DNA of 64,000 nt from Azolla caroliniana (taxonomy: Eukaryota; Plantae; Polypodiophyta), in contig JBHGNT010000010.1 in the NCBI GenBank assembly GCA_043228905.1, positions 13,702,001 through 13,766,000 on the forward strand, given 5' to 3'. Both the position numbers and the translations under genes were made by a program. Positions 24,698 to 38,290 of this stretch are shown in pieces. The first letter of the stretch is position 1, and every line of letters starts with the position of its first letter. The notes below the pieces were generated by a model, which had not been told where the DNA came from, made no database searches, and saw only the letters and a program-made list of their open reading frames with translations.

Positions 24698-26844
24698 ATG
24701 GCGTCCTCAAGCAACCAAGTAGGAGAGCTCGAAAGGATGATGCTAATCGTCGAGCAAATGATGAGATCTCGGGACAACGACGCGAGCGTGGAGAAGGCTG
24801 TCGATCGTGTCGTAGAGCTCGAGGGCCAATTCGATGGAAGGAACGTTACGAAGTTCCTTGATGCATATAAGAGGGAGATGAATCAAAGGGACGTGTCCGA
24901 GGCACGTCAAATCGCAAGCTTCAAGAGAGTTGTCGCCAACAACATCCAAAGACGCGTCATTGAGCTTCAAGAAGGAAAGACAACATGGTCCGAGTTCGAG
25001 AAAACGATACTAGCGGAGTTCGTGACTGAAGACTCAACGAGGATGACTCGACATGCCCTGATGAAGTGGATAGAGAAGAAGAATAAGAAGATGAGCGTCT
25101 CGAGGGTGTACGACGAATTCGACCAGATGTTTAGTCGTCTCCCCAATACGAACCAAGTGTTGCTTGAAGAGGACAAGACTTTGTACTTCTTGAAGGCCGT
25201 GGACATAAAGGATAGACGGGAGTTGGGGACTCTTCTCGAAGATGATACCCAAGCAAATGGGCTCGTAGCGGACTGGATCGCGGTGAAGCGGGCATGCAAT
25301 AGGCTCGACAAGCGTCGCCAATGGGTTGATGACACCGACTTGACGGGACCGACTACCACGGAGAAAGCAAGACCGCCGAAAGTAGCTGAGCCGCTGAGAC
25401 AAAGTAACGTGGAAGAAAAGAAGATTGATGACGACATCATTGAAGAGCTAGCGAAGAAGTTCGAGAAGGTCACTCTAGCCAACATGAATCGTCGGGGCCC
25501 TAAAGGAAAAGAACCCTTTAGATGCGTGTGGTGCGATAGCATGGACCACATGAGAAGGGATTGTGCGAGCCTTCGAGAGGCGATTCGACAAAATATCGTA
25601 TACATAGAGGACAACATGATCTGCTCAAGCGAGACTAGAAGACCCCTACGGGTGAATTTCGGAAGAGGAGGAATGAAGAGATCTATGGAGGATGCCGATG
25701 CGACTCATGTGGATGCGATGCACTATGCTGCGTCGGCCGGAATAAGAGTCGGGAAAGACAAGACTGAAGCTGCTAGAGCGGGAGCAAAGTTTTGGACTTC
25801 CGTTCTCGAATATGAGAAGAAGGGAAAAATCACATCGAACGAGGTAGAGCTTGCAGACCGAAGCGTGCAAAGCATAACCGGGTGGTCGGATCCAGTGGAC
25901 GACAACACCATACTCGCAGAGGTGATGTGCGACAACCACGAGGTGTTCGTCGAAGAAAAGAGAAAGAGAATAGAAGAGCAAGAGCGAGTCGACCTTTACA
26001 AACGGAGGAACGAGAATCAAGCCGAAAAGGGGAGCCGAGCATACGAGTTGAAGAAACGGTTCGGCCCGTGAAGGTTGGTGTCGAAGACCCCGCTCGGAGG
26101 ACAAGGACTATACCTACCTATAAGCTAAGGTCGGACATAGAGCAGACGACGGACCTAAAGAAGATTCTCGAAGAACGAGTTCTTGATAGCCACGTAACTT
26201 TGTCCTTGAGGGAATTGCTTGGCATTACGAAGAAGGAGTTCCACGACACGATCGTGGACCTTGTAAAGAGAAAGAGACAACAATCGGACGAGGAAGAAGA
26301 GAAGCCGCAAAAAGCGAAAACGAATGCCATAATGATGGCAAGAGACGAAATCGATGAAGATATGGTGGACAGCCACTACACTCGACCTCATTGGGCACGA
26401 GCGACAACGGAGACGCCGGTGAAGATCGGGGAGAAGAAAGAGACCGCCGTAGCCTTGATCGACCACGGCTCGGAGATCAACCTCATGTCAACCGACTTCT
26501 ACAAAAAGGGAAGATGGCCAATCAATACAAATCACGGATGGAAGATTCGCGCGGCAACAAAGTCTACGGAGGACTTGTACGGAGCTTGTCCCAATGTCAA
26601 AGTCACGATCGGGGATGTGGAGATGGATCAACACTTCTTCGTACAAGAATCGGCATCGCATCCTGTCATCCTAGGGCAACCTTATATCACATCATCTCGG
26701 ATGGAGACCAAAGTGTTCGATAATGGAGCAGCCTTCGCACGAATAAAGAGTCTTGACAACCAAAGATCGGTCCAATTCCTAACAGTGCGAGCCAATCATG
26801 AAAGGAATCGAGATAGTCTCGGAGGCGAATCCTCGGATTTTTAG
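24698..26844 (+). pseudogene. gag: Gypsy-Y1 gag-protease (one acquired frameshift near 26070)
   Basis: CVWCDSMDHMRRDC knuckle; PR ALIDHGSEINLM; gag and PR share one frame in homologue Y2. Confidence 0.88.
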
Positions 26845-26897
26845 AGCGGACTATTGAAGCATGGGGCACAAATAGTCCAAGCAATCACAAGACCCCA
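26835..26897 (+). promoter_or_regulatory. -1 ribosomal frameshift signal (G_GAT_TTT plus H-type pseudoknot) at the PR/RT boundary of Y1
   Basis: Heptamer 26835-41, 6-nt spacer, stem1 GGACTATT/AATAGTCC, stem2 TGGGG/CCCCA; covaries with Y2. Confidence 0.8.
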
Positions 26898-29800
26898 CAA
26901 GAAAGAAGAGTGTGTGGATTGCGAGGAGAAGCAACATGTGTCACACCTAGTGGCGCATGTAAACTAGTACTACCCGACAAGAAGCACAAACACCGGATAC
27001 AAGAATTCGAGAAGATGCTGAAAGAAGAGAACATAATAGAAGAAGGAGAGTTCGTGACTCATATTATGGAAGAAGCCTCATTTAACGACACCATCGGCGA
27101 AATCGAGGACGTCGTGGACTTGAGCTATCTTCACAACCAACGCGTGATTTCGGTTAACTCCGTCAACATGTACGCTATCATCGATGAATACCGTCGTGGC
27201 ATCTCGATGAAGGAAGCTGACATCAACACGAAATATAAAACGGTGGATAAGAAGATCAAGCCAGTTGCGGTTCCGCTACCGGAAGATAGCTGGCAAAAGA
27301 TGAAGGAAGTCGCTAACGATCCAAGCTTAAGAGATCCGAAGAAGATAGGTCATGTCTTCACCAAAGAGACGAAGGGGAAGCTACAAGTTGGAAAGGAGAA
27401 TTTCCTTCTCCCTGAAGAGGACCGAATGTTTCGCGATATGCTTGAGAGACATGGGAAGGCTTTTGCATTCTTCCCACGAGAAATTGGATGCGCCGACCCA
27501 AAGGTTATAGAGCTAATGGTGATCTTCACGGTGCCTCATGTGCCTTGGAATTTGAAACCGATACCGGTTCCGAGAGCACACCTTCCGAAGCTGATCGAGC
27601 TCTTAAAGGAGAAGGTGAGTATGGGAATTCTAGAACCGTCGAATGCTCCTTATTCCAATAGGTGGTTCACGGTGCCGAAGAAGAATGGATCATTGCGATT
27701 CATCCAAGATCTTTAACCCGTCAACAAGGTGACAATTCGAAATGCCGGAATTGGTTTGAGCGCGGACGAATTTGCCGAAGCGTTTGCGGGCCGGTCCATC
27801 TACTCCATTGGCGATCTCTACTCCGGATATGACCAATTCCAGTTGGTGATCGACAGTCGGGACATTACAACCATGAGGACTCCGATCGGGCTTGTGCAGA
27901 TGTGTACCTTACCCCAAGGCGCAACGAACTCGGTGGCTCATATGGTGAATGCCATGAATAAAGTCTTGAAGGATTGCATTCCGGACATCACGATGCCATT
28001 CTTGGATGATATTCCGATAAAAGGATGTTCGGATGAGGAGAAAGATGAATCGAAAGATAAGGAAGGTTGTAGAAAGTTCGTTGCGGATCATATGAAAGAT
28101 TGCGAGAAGGTGCTTCAAAGGCTCGAAGATGCGAATTTGACATTTTCGGGAGAAAAATCCGCATTCGGGCAACCGGAGATCTTGGTGGTAGGTCACTTGT
28201 GTGGAGCATACGACCGGAATCCCTCGCCATCCAAAGTGAACGCAATCCAAGACATGAAAGAAGAATGCGAAAACCAAACGGAGGTTCGAAGGTTCCTTGG
28301 AGCGTGCGCGTTTTATCATATATGGATTCCTCACTACGCTCATGTCGCCGAACCGTTATATGGACTACTAAAGAAAAGGATAAAGTTCGAATGGCGAGAC
28401 GAGCACACAAAGGCGATGCAAAGATTAAAGAAACTGCTTCTTGAAGCTTCGGCACTAAGGAAGGCCGACTATGCCGAAGGGAAACCAATTTACGTGACCG
28501 TAGATACGAGCCCAACCGGAATCGGGTGGGTCATCAATCAAGAAGGTGAAGATAATGCGCGATATGCCGTCCGGTTCGGAGCAAAGGTTCTCAGCGAACG
28601 GCAACAAAGATATGCCCAAGTCAAGCGGGAACTTTGGGGTATTGTGTCGGCAGTGAAGACGGACAAAGATTACCTGATCGGGTCAGAAGTGATAATAGAG
28701 ACAGATTGTCTCCCAATTCTCGGAATGGTCTCGGGATGTGCGACCCCAGATCTTGCTATGCTAAGGTGGATTGCCTACATCAAGTCTTTAAACCCAAAGA
28801 TCCGTCACATCGCAGGGAAGAAGAACGCCATGGCTGACATGCTGTCGAGGGCAAAATTTTCAAATGGAAGTAACATGGTTTCGGAAGATGAAGATGTCGC
28901 CCTCGACTTCTTCAAGATGGCTCGATTGTCGGCGGAAGACCAGGACACGCAAACCCTCCACGCCTTCAACGAGAACGAGTACGAAGGAGAGTGGTTACTG
29001 ATCGGTAGATTCCTAAGAACATTGACGGCAGATGCTTCGTTGACAAAGGAGGAGGCCCTACGAATCCGAAAGAAAGCTTACCGATACTTCTTGAAGGGAG
29101 GATTCCTTTGGCGACATCCAAAAAGAAGGACAGGAATACCACGTCGAGTGGTGGTAAAGAAAGAAGAGCAAGAGACGCTAATGACCGAATTCCACGAGAG
29201 TGCTTGGGCAGGTCATAGAGGAACATGGGCGACGTTCGAAAAGTTGAAGGAGAAGTACTGGTGGCCAAGCATGTACAAAGATGTACTCCATTTCGTGTCC
29301 ACATGCGAAACTTGCCAAGTATATTCAAATATACGTCATCGTGATGAGTTAAAACTGACATACCCACTCACCATACACTTCAAATGGATGGTGGATCTGG
29401 TCTCGATGCCAATGGGAGTGGGACAAATGAAGTACTTAGCGTTGGCAAGGGAAGACTTGACAAATCAAGTGGAAGGACGAGCCTTGACAAATAAGACGAC
29501 TTCAGCCGTTTGCAAATTTCTACTTGAAGATGTTGTTTGCCGATATGGATGTGTAGGGAAGATAGTGGCCGACCGAGGGGAGTTGGACGCGCACGAAGCA
29601 ACGGAGCTCTTCGAAAGACTAGGCGTGAAGCTCTCCCTCACGACTGCCTACAATCCGGAAGCAAATGGGAAGATCGAGCGAGGGCACGGACCTATCGTTA
29701 AAGCCATCGTACGGGCATGCAACGGTCGAGTCGGGAATTGGCCACGACTATTACCCTATGCCTTGTGGGCCGATAGAACGACACATAGCTCGGTGACAGG

Positions 29801-30329
29801 GTATATGCCGACAGAGCTTATGTATGGACAAAAGCCGATTATGCCCATCGAAAGGACGATCGCCTCATGGGTAGCGATACCGTGGGAGAACGAGATGAGC
29901 CGAGAAGAGTTATTAGCGGCACGGATAAGGCAACTTGAAAGAAGACCTGAAGATTTAGAAAAAGCGCGAAAGATGATGAAGGTAGCCCGAGTAAAGAACA
30001 AAGTTCGGTTCGACAACACGCATCGACTTCGTCCCAAGAAGATTGAAGAAGGGGATTGGGTTTTGGTTTACGACAGCACCCTTGACAATCAACATAGTAC
30101 AACAAGGAAGTTCGCAAGAAGATGGTTCGGGCCGTATGTGGTGACAAGTGCCAACGATAATGCCACATACCACCTTGCGGAACTAGACGGATCAAGGTTG
30201 GCCGTACCCATTGCGGGAAAAAGAGTAAAGCTTTTCAAGAAAAGACAAGACAAGGATCCTAACCTCGATTACCTCGACGATGAACATAATAGGCCGGATG
30301 AAAATGAAGACATGGAGGAATCTAATTGA
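26845..30329 (+). pseudogene. pol: Gypsy-Y1 RT-RNaseH-IN (one premature TAA at 27714)
   Basis: DLYSGYDQF, LPQGATNS, PFLDDIPIKG, VDTSPTG, IN H..H..C..C, MVDLV, YNPEANGKIERGH, WFGPY; no chromodomain. Confidence 0.92.
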
Positions 30330-31332
30330 TCATCGTAGCCGAAATCTCACTTCTTCTCTTCTTGGCACGTACCGGAGGACGTGCGGTTTGGTGGGGGTGG
30401 ATGTCGTGAAGATTTTCGGCAATAGTGTGAAAATCCCATAAAACGTACAAAATCGAGTATGAATCACGTAATACAATAATTGTGAAGATAACATTTTTAA
30501 TATCTAAGTACAAAATGATGGAGGTTTCGAATGCACTTTATTACACGAGAAATGGACAACTAAATGTCAAGATATGAGGGTATAAAGTTTGTGAAAAGAA
30601 AAGAGAAAATTGTGAGATATCCCACATAGGCACGACAAATACGGCTCTCATCATATATAAGGTGGAGCAAAAGATATTATCTTTGTGTCTATGTGTGGAG
30701 CATAGAGAGTTCAAGGTAACTTGAACTTAGAGTGGAGGTGGCTAGCTACTCGAAAAGGGTTTTGGCCAACCAAAACCAGACCGGCGATGGAGTCGGTGAT
30801 CCGACGGCATCCGGCGAACCGGCGAATAGATAAAATAAATATATAAAAATATTTTCATATACAAGGAGGGCAAGTATGGATTCGAACCTTACACCTCCAA
30901 GTTAGGAGTCAAATGGCTTACCATTAAGCCATGGTATTTAGTTGAAATTATATTTCTATCATTGTACTTTTACATGTAAATTCTCATACATGAGAGCTAA
31001 AATGAGTGACATGGTTAGCATGCACCACATGTAATACTTAAGCGCCAAATGGCAAACATGCAATTTATGCATGTCTTGTACCCTCACATGCATCATATGC
31101 ATGAGAGCATCTATAAAAGAGGGAAGGGGGAGGAGAAAAAGGACGGTTTTTTTTATGAAAATTAAGAAGAAGAAATTTGTTATCAAATCAATCGTGTAAT
31201 CTCATCTTCTCTCTTTCCCAATCTATCTTAAGTACTTTCTCGCCAAAGCTTGTATCGACTCTAAATCCTTATGGTCCAAAACCCCGGCGGTTCCGCCTCA
31301 CGATCCGCACGTAGTGACGGATCTTCACGACA

Positions 31333-32386
31333 GCGCGTTTAGAAATATAGTCCGTAATTCCTCCTCCGGGGGTGCACGGGCAAGCTGACTATGCATCCGT
31401 TGAAACCGGATGACAAATTGGGGAATGCTCTCCCCTGCCTCCTATCGGATGGTATAAAATAAGCCTACCATTATGGTCTGGTCCACCTCTTTTTGAAAAA
31501 AAGGCAAGAATTTAGCTTTTAAATCTGCAAAGGTGTTGATGGTAGACGGGTCCTGTGTCCGGCGCCATCTTGTTGCCGGTTCCTCCAATGTGACGCCAAA
31601 TTCCGCTATCTTAGAGCGTTCTTCTTCCTCCGGGGTCAATCGCTGGGACACATGGTTGGCTTCCCATGTCTTTTCAAAGGCGTGCACATGAGCTTCCGCG
31701 TCCGGATCATCTCTATACTTCGAGTACTGGAACGGCATGTCGTCGTCCGGTATCGGTGCGCGGGCTGGCAGTGTTGGTGCTCGTTCCGGAATTTTCTCCG
31801 GTGTCGGTGGTCCTTCCCGATTTGTTTCCGGCGTCGGTGGTTTTTCCTCTTTTGTTTCCGGCGTTAGTGGTTTTTCATCTTTTGTTTCCGGCGTCGGTGG
31901 TTTTTCCTCTTCTTTTGGTGACGGAGGTCTCTCCTCTTCGACTTCCGGTGTCGGAGTTCGCTCTTCTTCTGCTGGTTCCGGGGGTTCCAACGTTAGCACT
32001 TTCGGTTCCGGTGTCGGTAAGGTATCCGATCCTTCGTCCTCCGGTCCGCCCGGGGTTTTGTTGCTGCTACGGTAATTCGTGTGCACGTTGTATTCCCCTT
32101 CGGAGTCCGATTCATATGCTGAAAAGGCTTCTGCTTCGCCTTCTCCGTTTGCCAACGCATGGAGAAGGGATTTGGTTTCCCGGAGGCTGCTTAGGCTGCT
32201 GCCGTCGTCCGGGTGCGATGTTTGCTGTAACCAGAGGGAGTCCTCCGCTACTCTCCAGATTATGTTGGAAAATGAGCGATCCGCTCTAATTTCCTGCACC
32301 GCTTGCTGGAAAGCCTCGCGTCTCCTTTGCCTTTCGGCAAGGTGTCGAGTTCGATCTGTAACCAGGTCGTGTGTTGATCTAGACAT
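31333..32386 (-). pseudogene. gag: Gypsy-X1 gag N-terminus
   Basis: ATG 32386 (MSRSTHDL), homologous to X2 gag; 30-bp PTPETKEEK repeats; premature stop at 31442; continues across the Y1 insertion (FLNA|LREPL). Confidence 0.88.
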
Positions 32387-33814
32387 CCATCCGTGCCGTC
32401 GTTTGTTGCAAAAACAGGAATCGTGGTCGCCAAAAACTGTGTTAACTCTTAGGGCCGGACAATGGCCTAACACAGGGTGTCTACGGAAGACACTTCCCCA
32501 AAGGGTGTTACGGCAACCAGATCCGCCTCAACGCTTAATCCTATTTAATTAAGTTACTTATTATGATCGTCTTTCATAACACACGCGTAAGATATAACAA
32601 TTAAGACAGAACGGCAATTAACATAGAGAGATAACCACGCTTAAGCTTTCATTAATTAACCACTAATGATTACATTGTATCCGGGCCTTTAAATAGGTTT
32701 CCGGTCTGTATTACAAAACGGTGCCATCCGCACCTGTTCGGGATCGGTCCGGATCCGGAACGGCATACTGTTTCCGGTCCGTCCGTCCACACTCATAGCT
32801 TAATTACAACCACATTCCTACTACTTAAATAACTCTCTGTTTCCCACTCTGGACTCCTTTGCCGGCCGGTAACAAGGAAGAACGTTACCGTAATACGGAA
32901 CGTAATCAGCGTGCGGAAAGACCGTACCATCACCGCTGCAACACCGATCCTGAGTCCGACGAAGAAGAGTATTAGAGCCATGACCATTACAAGTGGGGGG
33001 GGGGGGGGGGGGGGGGGGGCGTCAATATGAGAATCAACGTCCTACCAACAATCACGGCGAACAAACTGGACCCCGGCGCTAAGCACGGGATCATGGTCGT
33101 TACGAGGAAAGTTTCAAGGATGAACGACGCCAAGAACCTCGTTGGGAATATCGCTGGAAACCCCGTCATCACAGATGATTTCAGCAAACACGGGAAGAGC
33201 AATCCACACCTATAGACACCACCGCAGCTCTAGTAATGGAGAAAGGCGAGTTTAGTGTACATTGCTTCGTATGCCAACAGCTAGGCCACTACGCGACACA
33301 ATGTACGCAACATAATAAAGGCAAGGAACCAGCCGTGAACACCATCACGACGGATGTCAAGCAGGTAACAACACACAGTCAGCCGAAAAACACAGAATGG
33401 GCAGAACAAGATGACATACGCAAAGCGGCTTAGGCCTGGGTAAAGAAAGGAAACGAGGCTAACGTGGTGTCAGGGCCAAAGTTAGGAACAAGTTTTAAAA
33501 TGAAGAAGAGAATGAGAAGCGAAAGATATGAGAGAGATAAGAAGAATTTGATAATGTATTAACAATGAGAGCAATGTTTACAAGAATATATCGAAGACTG
33601 GCGTTGAACCAGAATGGTTCATCAATAGTCAAATACATGGTTATATAGCATGGTTTAGATACATGCATGCTCGCCACCTCATAGGCACGCATGATCGCCA
33701 CTTGGCATTCATGCAAGCATGCCCCTTAGCAATCATGCATTAGCCTATGCAAGGTGGCGACAATTCAATAATATTATTATATGTATTTCCTATTGATATA
33801 ATAGAATTTATTAT

Positions 33815-33910
33815 TTAATATATACAATATGATGTATCCTAATGGATGAGGTTGTATGCCTTCTTTGAGGAGGTCATGGGTTCGAATCACCATAAAGCTT
33901 ATTGGGTTTT
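33815..33910 (+). ncRNA. tRNA-like Pol III unit in the F LTR (second copy ~39880-39975)
   Basis: TATATACAA, A-box-like TATCCTAATGG 33835-45, B box GGTTCGAATCA 33879-89, TTTT 33907-10. Confidence 0.55.
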
Positions 33911-33924
33911 GTATATGCATGACA

Positions 33925-36900
33925 CCATCCCCCTCCTTTGACGATGAGTTCCACGAGTCGTAATGCATGAATTCAGACTTGGCTTATCTGGATATTGGCG
34001 ATATAATTCAGCCACCAAGTCAAAGGCATTATCAAGGTTCTCAGTTGGCTCCCAAGTACGATCATTTGGTGTATATCCTAACCAATCCACGAGATAATAA
34101 AGCTTTTTACGTATTATCTTGAAGTCCAAAATAGCTTTGACTTCAAATTCTGGGCCATCAACAAGTTGAACTGGAGGTGGGGGTAGAACAACCCGATTTG
34201 GAATGGAACTACCAATGTAGCGCTCCAACAATGAGACATGAAATACCAGATGTAGATGCATCTATGGAGGTAGATCAAGGCGGAATGCAACATCATTAAT
34301 CTGATTGGAGATAATAAATGGACCAAGTCGTTGATAATCCAGCTTTCACAAGGTCTAGTAGTCTTCACATTATGTCGTAGTAACCATACACGATCCCCAA
34401 TTCGAAACTTCGGTTCCTTTGGTGAAGAGTCGAGACGGTGACGATTTGCGGCTTTTTTGTGTGTGGCTTGAGCAGTTTGCAAATGTTGAGAAAGTGCAAC
34501 ATGCACATCTTGGAGTTGACGTAGACGATCTTCAACAACAGGATTTTTCGAGATTTCTGGATGTTCCATCATTGTCCAACCAGGATGATATCCTATGTTT
34601 GCAAAAAATGGAGTATACCCTGTTGAGGAATGAACTGAATTATTGTATGCAAACTCTGCAAAGTGCAAAAAATCCACTCAATCATCCTGTTGGTAATTGA
34701 TGAAACACCGAAGATATTGCTCTAATGTTTGATTCGTTCGCTCGGTTTGACCGTCACTTTGTGGATGATAGCTTGACAAACGTTTACAGGAAATTTTGAG
34801 CATCTCAAGCAAGTGTTTCCAGAATTTTGAGATGAATTGTGGGCCACGATCACTAATGATGTCATTCGGAAGGCCGTGAAGCCAAAATACTTCTTTCATA
34901 ACGATGTCTACAGTTTCTTTACTGTTGATGGTTTTCATGCATGGAAGAAAATGCGCCATCTTTGTGAATCGGTCTACTATAGTGAGAATAGCATCAAAAC
35001 TCTTCGAAATTGGAAGATTTGTAATAAAATCCATCGAGATGGATTTCCACGAACCAATAGGAACTGACAATGGTTGTAATGACCCATATGGTCGATGTCG
35101 TGGAATCTTTGACTAACAACACACATCACAACTACGAACATAATCTTCAATAAACTCTCGAAGGTGAGGCCACCAATAGTTTTGAGAAACTAGCTCCAAA
35201 GTTTTGTGGATTCCAAAGTGCCCGGCCATTGGGTTGTCATGACAATATTGCATTACTTGAAGTCGAGACGAACCATTTGGGACATACAAAAGAGTGTTGC
35301 GAAAAAGTAAACCATTATCCCATTTAAACTGGTTATAATCTTTACGAGGATTCATGGAGCTTGAAGAAGAAGCGCGATCTGAAATTGTATGATTCAATAT
35401 ATCTTGAGCAAATTCATCAGAAATGATATCTCTTCGGATTGAATCAAGAAGACTTGAATCTTCAAATGCTTGAGAGGCATTAATAGTTAATAGTCGTAAC
35501 CGATTAGGCCCCAAGACAATTTGTTTTTGATGATCAAATGTGGGCTCTCCTGGTTGTGGAGCCAAATAAGATCGTCGTGAGAGAGCATCTGCCTTTCCTT
35601 GTTGTACTCCTGGGCGATATGTGATGATGAAGTCAAAACGCGTTAGAAATTGTGCCCAACGAGCTTGGCGACGACTCAAGACTCTAGCACTTTGAAAGTA
35701 TGTGAGGTTTTTGAAAGGACTACACGCTCCGGAACACAACGCTCAGCCACAACCGAGTCTAGGATCAAACACAAAAAAATGGATAATGTACGCACGACAC
35801 AGTAAAGAGAAGAGTACACACGATGTTTACGTGGAAAACCCAAACACGGGAAAAACCACGGCAGTCCACAGATTGCAAACTATCACTATGTTACAATATA
35901 CAATAGATGAACCTAGAGGCAACGACCTCTTGTTCACTGTCTTCGCCATAGGCGGCGGTTACAATAGAGACAACGTCCTCTTCGTCTCTCACTCTCTCTC
36001 TGTACACGGTTGCACTCAAATCTTGCACCAACAAGAATGACAACTACACACCACTAAGTTTGCCCTAAGTCATATTTATACTAATATGACTTTTTGGCTA
36101 TTTACAAATATAGCCCCAATGAACTCTCAGAAACATATTTACGAATATGTCCCTTCATCCGGTGAGCACTCCTCATCGGGCCTGCATCATCCGACGCTTG
36201 CCGAGTACTCCACATCCGGTTCTCACCGGGGTCTTCCGTTGCCGGGTGCTCCACATCCGGTTCTCACCGGGGTCTTCTGTGGCCAGGTACTCCACATCCG
36301 GTTCTCACCGGGTCTTCCGTTGCTGGGTACTCCACATTCGGATTCGGCCTCGGCCTATCGGTCTCGACCGAGTTGCTCATCAACACTGTTCTTCTCACTT
36401 CCCATCCGGAGGGACCTGTTTCCTAACAGTTTTTATGATCATTGTAAACAATGATTTGGTGGGGAGAACCTTCTAAGAAATGTCTCCACTGTTCAAACGA
36501 GTCTATAATGGCTAGAAGCTCTTTATCGTGAATCTCGTAATTGATCTCAGCAGCTTCGAATTTGCGTGAATGGAAAGCAATTGGATGTAGCTTCCCATCA
36601 TCTCTTGTCTGTGATAAGATACTTCCTAGTGCAAAATCAGACGCATCCGCCTCGATGATAAACGGTTTTTCTAGGTCAGCATGAAGTAGAATTGGAGCAG
36701 AAGTGAATGCGCTCTTTAGGCTTTCAAAAGCTTTGGTTGCACTAGAACTCCATGTGAATGACTTGTTCTTTCGTGTAAGCTCTGTGAGAGGCATCACAAT
36801 GTTTGAATAATTGTTGATAAATTTGCGGTAAAAATTCGCAAATCCTAAGAAATATTGAACATCACGCACAGAACGAGGTGGTTGCCAGTTTAGAATTGTC

Positions 36901-38290
36901 TGAACCTTAGACAGATCCATAGATATACCTTGTTGTGAAACCACATACCCCAGAAACTCCACGTGGTTTTGATCAAAGCTACATTTCTCAAATTTGGCAT
37001 AGAGTTCATATTCTCGTAAGCGTTGGAAGACTTGGCGGACATGTATGTCATGCTCTTCTTGAAATTTCGAGTAGATCAAGATGTCATCAAGATATACTAT
37101 GGTGAATGAATCCAAAAAATCGTAGAAAATATCATTCGCCATGTGTTGAAAAACCACGGCCGCATTCGTGAGACCAAAAGGCATAATTGTGTACTCAAAA
37201 TGTCTGTATTGAGTATGGAATGTTGTCTTCCATTCATCTCCTGGACGTATCCGAACAAGGTTATATGCACCTCGAAGATCTAGCTTCGTGAAAACTTTCG
37301 CTCCACTAAGACACTCTAGTAAACTTGAAATCAAGGGTAGAGCATATCTATTTCGAACTGTGATTTTGTTTAGACCCCGATAGTCCACGACCAATCGTAG
37401 AGATCCATCTTTCTTCTTGACAAAGAAGATGGGTGCACCAGCAGGGCTTTTAGAATGTCGAATGAATCCATTTGCTAAGTGCTCGTCTATATACTCTCGA
37501 AGGGCCTTGAGTTCGGAAGGTGATAGATTATATATTGGGCCCCATGGTGGCTCTTTCCCAGGCTGTAGATCGATAGGACAATCATAAGGCCGATGGTTTG
37601 GGAGAGAACTAGCTTTAGCTTTGTTGAAGATGTCTTGAAAATCCAAGTACTTGGTAGGGAGGGGAGTACCTGCCCCTTGTGAGCTAGAGGATGGGTTTGC
37701 TATTACTGCAAAGACAAACATTTCATTTTTTTTCCCGTCTTCTCGTAATTTTTGTAGAGAGATGGGCGAGATTTGGTGAGGCTTTGAATCTTGGTTGGTA
37801 GTAACAAGGCAACTGGATTTAGGTTTCTACTGGAAATCATTGATTGTTCGATTTCTCCGGTCAATTTCAGGATTGTGGAGTTCAAACCAAGGCAAACCAA
37901 GGATAACCGGATGCTCAGGGCTACTAATTATATTGAAGGAAATCATACAAGCAAAGTTACCAAGAACTACTCAAATTGGCTCAGATTCTTCAACTATATT
38001 CCCGGATGAAATAGGGCGACCATCAATGACTACAACAGATGCAGGGCAAGGGAGGTTTTTCAATAGGATTTTCTCGGATAAAGCAAATTCTTTGTCCATA
38101 AAACAAGAGTTGGCTCTTGAATCTAAGAGAGCAGAGGCAAGAACTCGATGACACCTAGAAGTGCTAAGCTCAACTTGTGCTGAAAAAACTCTGCTAACAT
38201 GATTCGATAAAATGGAACCACTACTTGGGATTGACTTTACGTATTCAGGATTGTCCAACCAAATGGCTCCGATTTTGGTTGGACTTAATC
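33925..38290 (-). pseudogene. pol: Element F pol (PR-RT-RNaseH-IN-chromodomain), disrupted
   Basis: ALLDSRANSCF; KLDLRGAYN, YLDDILIYS; EADASDF..DKELLAI; SISMDFI; chromodomain FEVKAILD..YYLVDWLGY...RTWEP. Interrupted by solo LTR J. Confidence 0.92.
35712..36428 (-). mobile_element. Solo LTR J (copia-type) inserted in F RNaseH
   Basis: Minus strand TGTTAG...CTTTCA; TSD GTTTT; splits DHKN|LTYFQ; TATAAATA; ~43-bp tandem repeats at 36205-36345. Confidence 0.88.

Larger units (their letters stand above)
23622..31332 (+). mobile_element. Gypsy-Y1: full-length non-chromovirus Ty3/gypsy element (tRNA-Trp primed, 4-bp TSD)
   Basis: LTRs 23622-24630 and 30402-31332 (TGTCGTG...CACGACA; 78-bp indel, ~1% substitutions); TSD GCGC; PBS TGGTGAACCCGACGTGAA 24639-24656; PPT GGTGGGGGTGGA 30390-30401. 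Confidence 0.95.
15178..32874 (-). mobile_element. Gypsy-X1: full-length Athila-like non-chromovirus element with extra 3' ORF, interrupted by Gypsy-Y1
   Basis: 435-bp LTRs 15178-15612 and 32440-32874 (~7 differences by eye); 5-bp TSD AGGAA; TATTTAAA on the minus strand; PBS TGGCGACCAC 32432-32423 (tRNA-Arg-like); no PPT. Confidence 0.95.

Noticed and set aside
26030-26110. Programmed gag/PR frameshift in Y1
   Set aside because: Homologue Y2 has gag and PR in one frame and no slippery site is evident; likely an acquired indel.
32995-33019. G25 homopolymer as a functional G-quadruplex
   Set aside because: Lies in the decayed Gly/Arg-rich gag of X0; slippage or sequencing error is sufficient.
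36205-36345. Short repeat arrays (also 2890-3180, 41497-41605) as CRISPR
   Set aside because: Head-to-tail tandem repeats with no unique spacers and no cas genes, in eukaryotic LTR or intron context.
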